Shown here piece after piece: positions 41,307 to 57,718 of a stretch of DNA of 64,000 bases. The DNA lies in NCBI GenBank assembly GCA_965112735.1, contig OZ218953.1, positions 4,526,001-4,590,000 of the forward strand, read 5' to 3'. Each line of letters starts with the position of its first letter. Position 1 is the first letter of the stretch. The notes beneath the pieces were generated by a model. That model had not been told where the DNA came from, searched no databases, and saw only the letters and a list, made by a program, of their open reading frames with translations. This DNA is from Phaeosaccion multiseriatum (lineage: Eukaryota > Protista > Ochrophyta, other classes). A program made the position numbers and the translations under genes.

Positions 41307-41652
41307 GGCTGCTACCGCCTAACCACAAGAGACGAACAGGAGCTGTCACGAGGATGCGGCTGGTGTGCTACAGCCTTGCAAGCTCTCTATTTTGCTCTTT
41401 CCCTCGATTTCGCTCGCAACGAGCGAAGCCCCCCTGGGCGCTGGGCCATGAAACTAGTTCCGTACTGCCTCTCTTGGCCTTCCCCCCCTTCCACAATAGA
41501 GAGAACTGACGACCTTGGCTTGCTCACCGCGCCATAGTAGAGCAGGAACTTTCTCTCCTTTCTCTCCAGTCTAGTCTGTACGCCCAAACGCTTTCCTCCA
41601 CGGCTGGAGAGGAGTTTACCCTTGTGCTTGAGGACGCGGTTCGGACCAAGAG

Positions 41653-43727
41653 ATGGCTTACAGACCTGCCTTCCTCCTGCTCCTCTGTCTTTCGAGCGCT
41701 CTGGTCGTGCGTGTTCGGGGATTTGTCCAGGCCCCTGCAGCAGTACAGTCCAGCAGCAGCCGGTTGAGCAGCAGAGGCAGCAGCAGTAGAAGGAAAGGGG
41801 GGGAGGGAGTTTTGAGGAGGCCAGCATGGGAGGGGAGCACCAGCACCACCAGCAGGTTACTCGTGGCTCCTGCAGATCAAGAAGAGCAACAGGAGGAGGT
41901 AGAGGGCGAAGGTAACAGCAGTAACACAGTGTCAGCAGGAGCAGCAGCAGCAACAGCAGCAGCAGGGGCAGGTGATGAGGGCGACAATCCAGTGTATAGT
42001 GCCATCATAGACCAATGTCTGAAGGTGCGAGACGCTGGCGAAGACTTCTCCGAGACCGTCAAGAGCTTCTTGGACATGTGCGACCAGGGGTTCCTCGTGT
42101 ATCTGGACAAGGAGGTCAAGAAGGTTGGCCACGAGTCTGAGAGGGTAAGTTGGGTTGATTATGGGATGAGGTCCAACGAAACTGAGGTCGGGGAGAAATA
42201 GATGGGGATGCTGAAGTACGAGTGGATTGAAGAGACGGGACTGTTCGTGTACCTGTCGCTCTTCCCGGTCGAATCAGATCACCCACGCCTTTGCATAGCA
42301 AACCACAAAACATCCACCCCCATCCCTAATGCCAACCTGTCTCTCCCCCCCCCTCCCTCTCTCTCTCTCTCTCTCTTCCATATTGCCGCCGCGTTCTCTC
42401 CTCTCTGTCGTATCACACCCCCCCCCCAATCTCAACTCCACCCCCAAACAGGGCCAAGGGCTGCTGGCGATGTCCGCAGAAATCAATATAGCCATGCAAC
42501 AGCGCCTCGTGGCGGCTGATCAGAACCTCCGCGTCATCCTGCAGGACTCACCCGACATTATGAAGATGGAGACCAAGCTCAGGCAGCTCTTCCGCGCGGG
42601 GAAGGTCGACGTGGCCTTCATGGTCATGCTCAACATGAATTTGCAGCAAGCCGAGGAGGCGGAGGCGACCAATGCGGTGGCCATGCTCAAGCACCTCAAC
42701 GCCAAGGTGAGTGTAAGGTTGTGAAGGTCATTCTCTTCTCTTGTGAGCTGTACGGTCTGGTGTGGTTATGTAGGCTCCACTGCGCTTCTACGTGGGAGAG
42801 AGGAGAGGTGGTTGGAAGCCGCAAACGTTCTCTCTCTCACACACACACACACACAACACACACACTCACACTCACACTCACACTCACATTCACACTCTCT
42901 CAGGTGATGGACTTTCAGGACGATACGGTGGCGCCAGAGGTGCGTCTCATGCGCAGACTAATCCGCACGGACTGCGACGGCGTGCGCAAAACCATCCTCG
43001 AGAACAGCCTCGTGCTGCCCTTCATGGAGGCGGACCCGCTCAAGGCCCTCAACGGGTGCGTGCGTGTGTTCGTGCGTGCCGTTTGTCAGCTTGCCTTGGG
43101 AGGGTTGGGTGCTCCTCGTGGAGACGTAGGAGAGACGGGGCAGGCATGCATGGCGCCAACCTGTCACTGTCACTCTCTCTCTCTCTGCCTCTCCGGCCTC
43201 TCTGTTGTCCCTGTCGGTGGGCACGGCACTCATTGTGTGCTTGCCTTGGCGCTTGCCTTGTCGTCCCCTTTCTTCCCCAACAGCAACATGTGGGGCAAGG
43301 CTGAGATCTCCCCAGAGGCTCTCTTCAAGGCCATCGAGGACCTTGCCGATCAGGTGCGTGTGCGTGTGCGTGTGCGTGTGCGTCACTTTCAGTTGTTAGA
43401 GCCCTCGTGGTTGTCAATGAAGAGGTCGATGGTCTGTCATTGGTCCTCTCTTACGTTCAAGTCTGTGTCAGCAGCAGGCCGTTTCTGGCACGTCTTCCCT
43501 CCATTCACTCTCTGTATATGCTCTTGCGCGCGTCCCTGCCAACCCCTACCCCGACCTTCCCTCCCCTATGTATGTCACATGTGCCTTCCTTCCCCTCAAA
43601 ACAGGCGAGAGGGGTGGACGATGGCGTGTTTGACAGGATCGAGTCGCTTCAGAAGGAAGTGAAGGCGGTGGTTGACGGCTCGGTCCGGCCCGGCCCATTC
43701 CGTGCCAACCTCAGCCCTCAGCAATAG
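41653..43727 (+). CDS. Probable plastid-targeted alpha-helical protein of unknown function (weak resemblance to plant At4g37920/PALE CRESS-type proteins)
   Basis: Signal peptide MAYRPAFLLLLCLSSALVVRVRG|FVQAP followed by a Ser/Arg-rich transit peptide. Spliced helical core includes GKVDVAFMVMLNMNL and APEVRLMRRLIR. Family resemblance is by eye only. Confidence 0.6.
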
Positions 43728-44238
43728 CGTGATGAAGCCATCTTTCCCAAAGGGCCCGAAAGGAAGAAGGATGTCAGGTGGTGGTTTGTGGCATAGAGCT
43801 AAGCTATACCCTGGGCCGTCTGGACCTACCTGCCCCGCCGGATGTGTGCCGACTGCTCGATGGTCGGACATAAAGGCTACCAATGCCAATGGCAGCCCTT
43901 TCCTTGCTGTCTTGGAAGTGTGTCGGGAGGGTAGCCTTGGTGCCTGGATATCGACATCGACACGAGTAGCACCAGAGAGGGTTTGAGTTTGAGCTTTGAT
44001 GGGGAGGGGACGCGCATGGGACATCGACCGCACGTTTAGCGGTGTCGTCATGCGAGGAATCCTGGACGGCGAGACGAAAGGCGGCGTGTACAAAGATTCA
44101 AAGCTTACATAGAAAGAGGGGAGGGGAGGGAGGGCGTTTTTGCTTTAGTATTTAGATCCTTATTGGACTTGCACGCACATTTCCTCCCCACCCACCCCCC
44201 CCCCTTTTTTCCTCTGTGAGTGCTACTTAAAATGCTAT

Positions 44239-45003
44239 TTAAATCTTTTTAGTCACATTGATGCTTGTCCTGATGGCCTTCTTGGCGGTTCCCAAGGCGG
44301 TCAACATGCCTCCACTAAGGGCGCTGTAGTTGAGCAGCGCTCCCTCCGCCACCCGCACCCGAATAGGGTCGTCTCTTCTCGCCTTGAACACGCTCTTCAG
44401 TGCTGCTTCTGCTTCTTTGGAAGCACAGTTACCACCACCAGATGCGTGGGCCATCATGGTCCGAAGGTTGTCCGTGTATTGCTCGTTCATGAGGCTGGTC
44501 ACCACTGCCGTGGTCTTGCTGCTGGCAGAGGGAGAAGCAATCGCAGTCGTGACGCCAATCGTGTAGCCGACAAGGTGCCACACCGGATTGAGCAGACTGG
44601 GCCGCACTCGTCGCTCCGCAACAAGGGCGTCAATCTGCTCATCTCCGGCCGTCGCCTCCTGCGATCCTTCCTTGTGGTCTGGCGTGCTTTCTGCTGCAGC
44701 TGCTGCAGCGTGATCCCGTGCTCTTGCCTTGGACACCAGGCATGTGGATCTAATTGCCGCATATTGCCCTCCCTTGAGACCTTTCAGGAGAAACTCCATA
44801 GCTTGAGAGACGCGCACCAAGTCCTCTAGGTGGGGGGGATACCTGTAGCTGCTAGTGGATATGTCCTTCCCTCCCTCACCAACTTTCCAGCCTCTAAATG
44901 GGCCCTTCCCGCGGGATGACGAGCCTGCGAGCGAACTACTGCTCCTGCTCCAGGTGGTGCTGGTGATACTCCTACCACCCATGATCCCCCGCATTCTCTT
45001 CAT
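44239..45003 (-). CDS. COQ7/CLK-1-like ferritin-fold protein, apparently lacking most di-iron ligands; intronless
   Basis: LVRVSQAME..GGQ, ERRVRPSLLNPVWHLVGYTIGVTTA, EQYTDNLR, FKARRDD and I.VTKKI* are collinear with COQ7. Basic/Ser-rich mitochondrial-type presequence. Confidence 0.75.
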   Translation of the reverse strand: MKRMRGIMGGRSITSTTWSRSSSSLAGSSSRGKGPFRGWKVGEGGKDISTSSYRYPPHLEDLVRVSQAMEFLLKGLKGGQYAAIRSTCLVSKARARDHAAAAAAESTPDHKEGSQEATAGDEQIDALVAERRVRPSLLNPVWHLVGYTIGVTTAIASPSASSKTTAVVTSLMNEQYTDNLRTMMAHASGGGNCASKEAEAALKSVFKARRDDPIRVRVAEGALLNYSALSGGMLTALGTAKKAIRTSINVTKKI

Positions 45004-45287
45004 CCTTATTTTCTATAGTTTCACACCGATCCCTCCAACGGGAACGGAGACCGGAGAACGTGGGTTGCCATCCTCCTCACCTCTCGTTGTGAGTTGTGAG
45101 TGAGTGAGTGTATTTCTCTCCTTTTCTGCTCTCTTAGTAGGCTGCTTACTTCTCTAGGACATCATCTATTCAAAGGAGTGTGGACGAGGAAGCAGCGGCA
45201 GACATATCTTTCGTCTCGCTCCCTTGCATCCAAATCCTCTCCAGGGATCTATTCAAAGCGACAGAAGCAGGGGAGAAGAGGGGGAGA

Positions 45288-49912
<4,625 letters not shown>

Positions 49913-51151
49913 GACGGGCTACTGCGAGCTGCTACGCAAAGAACCAACGGCCACACTGGCGATGACCAGCCCACCTGCTGTCAGCTGGTACTGCTCTTGC
50001 TGGAGGTGCTCCTGCGGGCGTGACCCGTTCGTGGAGAGGAGGGCGCCCCATACCAAGAGAGCAGTGGCCGCCTTGGATTCGATTTTTGATCGCAAGAAAG
50101 GGGACAGCAAGGTACACACCTACGGGAACATCGGGGAGGGGAGAGCCAAGGCCGGGAATGGTCTGGAGACGAACTGCCCCCCTCACTCAGCGAGAGTCAG
50201 TATGTGCGCTTCAGAACTTGGAGACCCAATGGGCACGCACTCACTGGGAGGCCTTGCCTTGTCGATTCTCCACCCCCCTCCTCCCTCCTGAGTTTTGAAG
50301 TCGTGGACCGCAAGGATGGAGTTGCACGTCTCTCATCTTCTCTTGGTGGCCCGCCATGGACGCTAAGTGATGTGAAGGGACTGAGAAGCAGCGACCTTTG
50401 GCACTGGTGTGTTTGGACTGTTGGCGGAGAGACAGACACTGCCTTGCAAATATCCAGAGCCTCGTCCTGCACTGCACAGGCTCTGTGTGGCAGAGCAACG
50501 GTGAGCTGAAGGCTCTGAGTGGCAGAGCAATAGTGAGCACGCGCTCGCTCTTCTTGCTGGCGTCTCTGGCTTAAGCGCCACAGAGACGGATGGGAAGAAG
50601 GGTAGAGAGGACTTGGAAGGCGCGCAGAGCCCGTCAGTCTTCCGTCCGTGTGTGTGGGCCCGGAGCCATGCGTGCGACAGTGGATGCCCGCCAGGTAAAA
50701 CGAGCTCGACTCGCGACTCTCGAGCTTACACTCTTCGCTGAACACAAAGTACTAAGCTAAGCACTATCAGTGTCCTGCAAACGCATCGAGTCTGGGGCGC
50801 TTCGCGTGCGACTACCATACCATTGCCCACTCTCTCGTAGCTTTATTCATATATTCATGCGTTTCGCGTGTCATGCCCGCCTGGGGCTGCCAATCCAATC
50901 ATAGATACGTACTTGTCTTCCACCGCAGTCCCAGCCTCCAGGAAGCCGCGGTACGAGGCGCACAAGCTCAGCGTGAGGATCATGATCAGTGCGTTGTCAC
51001 AGAGAGAGAGAGAGAGAGAGAGGCATGCGCGTGCCTCGCAACAGACGAAAGGAGAGAGACAAGTCGCGGCCTGCTTGCTTGCTCAAAGCTCTCGTCCCCC
51101 CTGCTGCCTCGCTCATGTGATAAGAATGCATCTGCCTTCGCCTTTCTTCAC

Positions 51152-52222
51152 TCATGTGATAATAAAGCGATTGGCGATCAGAAAGCGCCGCATGCTCAAG
51201 GCTGTGGTGTGGTACTCGCTGCGTGGGTCGCTGTTGTACGCCAGGCTGAGGGGGTTTGGGGTTGAGGGTGTGTGTGTGTGTGTGTGTCGGGGGGGGGAGG
51301 GGGAAGGAAAGGAAAACCCAAATCGTTTGTGATGAGACAAAGTGAAGAAGACGACACGTCAACAAGGAGCGAAGAACCGCACACAGCAGGGGAAGCGCGC
51401 ACAGAAAGAGGGAGGTCAGGTGGGGGCAGCAAGCAAGAGAGAGTGTGACCGGTTTGGTCACCCTCACTGACGACCCACGCAGCCACGCACGCACGCAAGC
51501 AAACAAGCAAGCAAGCAAGCACCCTTGCTCCCCCACCTCCCCTTGCCCCTTGCGATGAAGCTAGGCATCGACCTCACAATCGCTTACCAGTTGTCGACCA
51601 TGAGCTTCAGGTCGTCGGAGAAGGCCGCAGAGGTCAGGTACTCGCCACGGACGATCTTCTCGTGAATGATAGTCAAATCTGGGTAGATGGGAGTGAGCGC
51701 ATGCAACGGCAGCGACAGCAAATGCGGCAGCAGCAGGAGGGGCGGCAGGGGCGGCAGGGGATGGGGCACCTTACCTAAGAGCAAGCGACGCACGCGGGCG
51801 TACCATTTGCCTTGCTGCGTTCATGTGTGTGTGTGTGTGTGCGTGCATGCACAGGTAGCCATCCCCTCGCCCAACTACCAACTTACCTATCTGGTGTGGC
51901 ACAATGGAGGCGTAGTCTGGAAACTCCGTCAGGTCCACGGCGTCGACGAAGGGCCAAGCGTGGTCAGAGCTGCGGCACATCTGCCACGAAGTCTCCAACA
52001 GGTCGGACACCTGATGCACGCAAGTCGCATGAAGCAGGCCGACGGTACCGGTGTCGGGATGTCAGTGAGCAACGCATGAAGGAGCAGCGAAACACGACAA
52101 CAACCGTCACGAGCATTATCAAATAACCCTCCCTCCCTGACTACTGGACCTACGCGCTCGCGATGCCCTTCCTCACCTGGTGCTTCCTCCTCCTCTTCCT
52201 CGGAGTCTGCGGCGGCGGCGGC

Positions 52223-52287
<65 letters not shown>

Positions 52288-54825
52288 AGACACCCCTCGG
52301 CGAGGAGTAGTGACAGCCGCTGCTGGCGCCCTCTCTGACTCGTAGCTCGCCCCCGTCATCTCGCTAGCCCCCGCCATGCCATACGTGCTCTGTTGCGAAG
52401 CTTGCGCGCTGTCAAGGCCATTGCTTGTAGCAGCTTTGGAAGGGCCAAGGCTCTCCATGTGGCAGCTGTCGCTCCTCGTCGGACTCGCGCTTCTCGACGC
52501 CACGCTATTCTCCTTTCCCCTCCTAAAGGAGATGCCATCCACGGCGGCATTTTGGTCCAGCGACTCTCCAGCCATCATCCGAGCGTACACGTGTTGAGTG
52601 TCGTCCTCGCTCTGCCCATGTCTACCTTGCTGGTCCGTCGCGGCACTTGCGAACGTATGCATAGGCTGCTGTGAAGGATGAGAAGGAGGAGGAGGAGCCG
52701 CTGTTGCCGCTACGAGAGCGGTCGGCGATGTCTCGAGCGAATCACGGCTTCGCTCGGGCTGATGGGGTACCTGCGGGGGTTTCATTTGTCCAAGCGGAAC
52801 CCTATCCTGTTGCTGTGATTGCCCTCCTCCGCCCTGCTCTTGCTGCGATGACACCGACCTCAGCGACCCCCCGGACTGTGCTTGTGTGTGGCTGTGGCTG
52901 GCAATGGCACTAGCACTCATACTACTGGACTCGGCCGGTGGGGGAGCGGAGTTCCGACACGCCTTCGACTGCAGCGGTAGCGGCGGTGGCTCCTGCTGCT
53001 GCAGAGGTTGGAGAGTGTCTTGCCTCTGTGTGGGTGGTGTGTCTGAGTCTCCTGGCGACGAAGATGCACCATTTAGCCGTGGAGGAGCCACGCCCAGAAG
53101 GCTCAGGCCTGTTGACTGGTGCTGGTGCTGGTGGTCGAGCTCCTGAAGTGGTGCTCGGCCCAGCCTGCTCAGCGAGTCATCAAGTAATACATCAAGCCTC
53201 TGTTCGAAGCAAGGCAATCGGCCACCAGCACCCACACAAGTCGAGGGAGTGGAGCGAAGCACCGAGTGAGCCAGTCGTTCATGGCCCCCAATTTAGCGAC
53301 AGGTAGTGCAGAAAGGCTTGCTCGGTCTACTATGCCTCGTTCTCTGTCTCGATACTCCGGGCAGCGTGGCTGCAGGACTCGTATGGTCTCAACCAAACAC
53401 GGTGCGACATCACACACACACGCACGCACGCACTCTCTCACTCACTCACTCACTCACTCACTCACTCATTCACTCACTCACTCACTCACTCACTCACTCA
53501 CTCACTCACTCACTCACTCACTCACTCACTCACTCACTCACTCACTCACTCACTCACTCACTCACGCACTCACTCACTCACGCACTCGCTCACTCACTCA
53601 CTCACTCACTCACTCACTCACTCACTCACTCACTCACTCACGCACTCACTCGCTCACTCACTCACTCACTCACGCACTCACGCACTCACTCGCTCGCTCA
53701 CTCACCCACCTGCGCGAGTTGGATGAATGGATCGTCGAAGAGCAGCCTCATGACGAAGGCCTGCACCTCTGGAGTGCTGAGGTCGGGGATGGCAGTGGAG
53801 GGCTCAGAGGCTGGCGGGAGGGCCTGCAGCGCGGCCACGGCGGGGGTTGGAGTAAGAGCAGTCCCAGGTGGAGAAGTGCTTTCATTTGGCTGAGCCGTCG
53901 CACCAACATCTTTACTCGGATGAATCAGAGGACCACCGAAGTGAGGCGTGTCTGTGGGTAGCGCAGCCTTGGTCTCTTCTCGCACGTTCACACCTGGGAG
54001 TAGTGTGGTGGTGTTCGCGGGAGTGCGTGTGGGAGGGGTGATTGGGATGAGGAAGGGCGGGCAAGCCAGCCCAATCGCCTGAACAGATCTTCTCTATCTC
54101 CGGTCCTACTCGTTCGACATGACTTCCGAGCACTCTCCTGGATGTCTTACCGTAGTCCCGCAGCTGCCTGCACATGGCCCTCATCACTTCGGGCTCTCCC
54201 GGCCCTCCCACCGCCTCCACGGCGAACTTACGGACGGGGGACCCTGCGCAGTGGAACTTAAGGACAGTAGTGCCCTATCAGAGCAGAGAGAGAGAGAAGA
54301 GAGAATGAGAGAATAGGCGCCAGGCAGACGAGCAAGGCGAGGAGGTGAACGTGAGAAAGAGAGGAGCGGTACTGTGTTGGGGAACAGGCTGTGGCTTGCG
54401 AGGACGCCGCTGCAACAGCCAGGGAATCAAGTCAAGCAAGCAAGCGCTGGAACAGGGGATCAAGCCAAGCTCTCTGCCTCTCACTCTCCGATCGGCCTCT
54501 GGCTGACTGCTGCGCCGGCAGCAACAAACGAGCACCTTACCTTGAGACTGGTGTACAAGTACGCTCTGAGGACATTCCCAGGGAGCGCGATAGTCTCCTG
54601 ATGGAGGATCTGACGAGGCCCTCCCCGCTGTGTGTAGCTCAGCACCAAGATCGCTCGTCTCGGCAGGGGCAGCGTGCTCCGCTCCGCCGCCCCTGCTGTT
54701 TGTTCAGCAGCAACGATCTGAAACGTGTGCCTCTCGCTGTGCCGGTGCCAGCCCCTTTGAGGGAGCTTCCTCAAGAAGAGGCACGGCAGCGGCGCAGCAC
54801 CAGCAGGCGCAGTGCTGCACAGCAT
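51152..54825 (-). CDS. 674-aa protein: REC114/PHS1-like N-terminal module (tentative) + disordered linker + C-terminal bromodomain
   Basis: Seven exons (54825-54541, 54274-54151, 53993-53710, 53199-52177, 52010-51887, 51678-51588, 51245-51152) splice in frame, total 2025 nt. The bromodomain is clear: AWPFVDAVD..FPDYASIV..IDL..I.EK..GEY....FSDDLKLMVDNCLAYN. The REC114 resemblance is by eye. Confidence 0.75.
53437..53705. repeat. (CTCA)n microsatellite, about 270 bp, intronic
   Basis: CTCA array with CGCA/CTCG variants, immediately after a minus-strand donor (GTGG(GTGA)n). Confidence 0.95.
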
Positions 54826-55126
54826 CTCTCTCCTATTTTGCGCTCTTCGCGCCCTTTTCCTGAAAGGAACCCGGGGGGACGTTATTCATTCGAAGGAATA
54901 CGGGAAAAGCTGTTGCAGGGGAGCAAAAAAAAAAAATGGCAAAAAAATTTCGACGGCCCGCCGCACTTCTCTCCCAGAGTATTAGAGCGCCACGCCGAGC
55001 AGCAACCCTCACAAGGATGAAATAGCGCAGACGCACAGCTTCATTCACGCACGCGTGAAGTACGGAGAGGAAGGCAGAGAGAGACGCTTAATCAACAAGA
55101 AACATCGTCGAAGTGGTGGGCCAAAG

Positions 55127-55508
55127 ATGGGCTGCACCACGGGAGGAAAGTTCTCCCTCACCCTCCCGGGCTCTCTCCTATCCCTGGTTGGGAGAGGAGG
55201 GTGCGGCTCCCACTCGCTATGGAAGGTATGAAAGGAAGACAAGGCCTGATGGCTGAGAAGGGAGGCAGCAGGTCTCACTCGCCTTTTTGTTCAACAGGTG
55301 TGGAGGTGCTTCGCAGCCGCCCTAATGCTCTCCATCATGCTGTGGTCCATATCATCAAACAGCACTGTAAGTGGTGGTGTAAGTGGTGGAGGGTGAAGGT
55401 GACCTCCCGCACTAGAAGCCCGGAGAGGAATGTCCAGAGAGGGATGTCCCATGTAGGTCAAAACAAAACCCACCTCTGTATCTCCCTTCCCCTCTCATTG
55501 CGTCTTGC

Positions 55509-55554
<46 letters not shown>

Positions 55555-57468
55555 ACTGCTGCTGCTACTGCTGCTGCCCCCTCATCGAGTAGCCGCGCTT
55601 GTGGGCGATATACCTCACCAACATCACCTTGGTGCTGCAGGTGAGCAAGGGAGAAGACGCCAAGGAGAGTGGGGGGGCAGAGTAAAGGGTGATGTCCGCT
55701 TTGCAGTGACTCAGCTACTCCCTTCCCTTCTCCTCTCCTCCGGCCAGGTAATTTATCACTTCCTAGCGGTTGCAGTGACCTTTAAGCAGCCGAAGTGGGA
55801 CGCTTTGGGCAGACAAGCAGCAGCATCAGCAGACCCCGAGGCGTACGTGTCCCCACCTACCCTGGTCTCTTTGAATTGGGCATTCATGAACGTCGTGTAC
55901 CCTGGAGCGCTCGCGGTCGCTCTCCTATTCTGGTGAGTCAAGTGCGCCACGCAAGGCGTTGAAGCATCGCCCCTCTCCCTGCTCGGTTTTGGTTCGGGGC
56001 CCTGCTTGTTTGTGTGGTACTAAATGCACTTACAATAGTGTTGCTTGGAGGGGAGAAATCTCCACCGCGGGGAGAGGAGTGGGGTCACGAGTAGTTAACC
56101 TGCACCCTGCGTTGGCTGTGCCCTCACCTCCTTTTACCTCGCACCTCCCTGCCCTTTTGCTTTCTGTGTTTGCCCAGGCTCCTCGTGTACGAGGGAGGCA
56201 CCCCTCGGGCCGTGTCTGTGGCCACGCATGGCATGTGAGTGTGGCCTCTCGACGCAGAGAAAAGGGAGGAGCGATTTGATCCTCCCCATCCCGTCAAGAA
56301 TCCCAACACATTGTTCAACTCTCCTTCCCACCTGACTAACAAGAACCACTTCCGCTTGTGTTGTCTCGTGCCCTTCGCCCACGATTTTGATGCTTGAGCA
56401 GCAATTTTGTGGTGATTGCCATCGACGCCTTCTTTACAGCCCATCCCTTCTACCTCAAGCACTTTTGGATGGTGCAAGTGTACGGGGTGCTCTACCTGAT
56501 CTGGACCATCATCCACAGCCTTGTCGATGTCAAGGTGAGGCGACGCGTCGTGCCGGACTTGAGAGCCTTTCACTTCCTTTGCCTGCTATTAGCTGAGACT
56601 GAGACACACACACATAGAGAGAGAGAGTGAGAGATTGACTGGACCATCATTCACAGCGGAACCTATGTGAAGAGCCTTTGCCTGCCACCAGCTGTCTCCC
56701 TCGCTGGCTCACAATGCTTCGCGTTTCGCGCTCTCTTCCACGAGGGAGTGCATGCACAGCAGCCAGACCGAAACCAGACAGATGACTGGAGATGACAGGG
56801 GGGGTTTCATCTGCGGCACCCGTCTTCTGCCTCACTGAGCTTGTCCGCACCCTATGGTCCTGCCCTGCCGTGTGTGTATGTGTATGTATCTATCCTCCTG
56901 CACGGGTTGTATTGCGTAGAACCCCGACGGTGACGACTATGTCTACGAAACACTCAACTGGAACAAGCCGGGCGGCGCGGCGGCGTACGGCATCGTTATC
57001 GTCGTGATCATCTTACCCATCTTCCATGCCATGATGACCGGGATCCATAGGGTTGGGAATCGGTACGTAACTGCTATGATCGCAGTGCCGGCTGCTGCGT
57101 GAAATCCTTGCTCTTACATTCCCTCATCACCACCCTTTATCCTTTTACTATCCTTACATCTTCTTCACCGACACCGCCCTCCTGGGTCGCTGCCAACCCT
57201 TTGTCCCTCCCTCCCTCACTCCCTTCATTCCCTCCCCCTCCTCTCCTCCCATCCCTCCCTCCCTCCCTCAATCACTCGCTCCCCCTCCTCTCCTCCCATC
57301 CCTCCCTCCCTCACTCACTCACTCGCTCCCCCTCCTCTCCTCCCATCCCTCCCTTCCTCCCTCCCTCCCTCCCGTCGCAGTGTCGTTGAACGCAAGCTCA
57401 TAGTGAATACGGCAGTGGCGAACGAGCCCCAGCAAGTGGTGAAAACCGGCACAGTTTTAGAGGTTTGA
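55127..57468 (+). CDS. Multi-pass membrane protein, rolling-stone / FAR-17a-AIG1-like family; about 8 exons
   Basis: Spliced: MGC..., WAIYLTNITL, ALLFWLLVY, VATHGINF, HPFYLKHF, YLIWTIIH, YVYETLNWNKP; several TM helices; stop at 57466-57468. Confidence 0.75.
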
Positions 57469-57718
57469 GAGCGCCGAGGATTCCTCACTCCCTCAGCACC
57501 TCACGGCAATACGTCCAAACCGCCAGCCACAAGCTCCTTCTCTGTACGGCCAGACCTAATACATATAACACCCCACAATGCTAGACATCCCGGGGAAAGA
57601 AGAAAAAAAAAATTTTAAGTGCCATATATATATATTGTCTAAAAGTAATGTCAGGAAGAGGAGCGATGGAATCAATGAGTCACGTTCGCTTATCAAACCT
57701 GATATAAAACAGTCCAGG

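Noticed and set aside
54925-54965. A-run + TGGC motif seen near several gene starts (also about 13090 and 25480) as a promoter element
   Set aside because: Too short and degenerate to separate from background without motif statistics.
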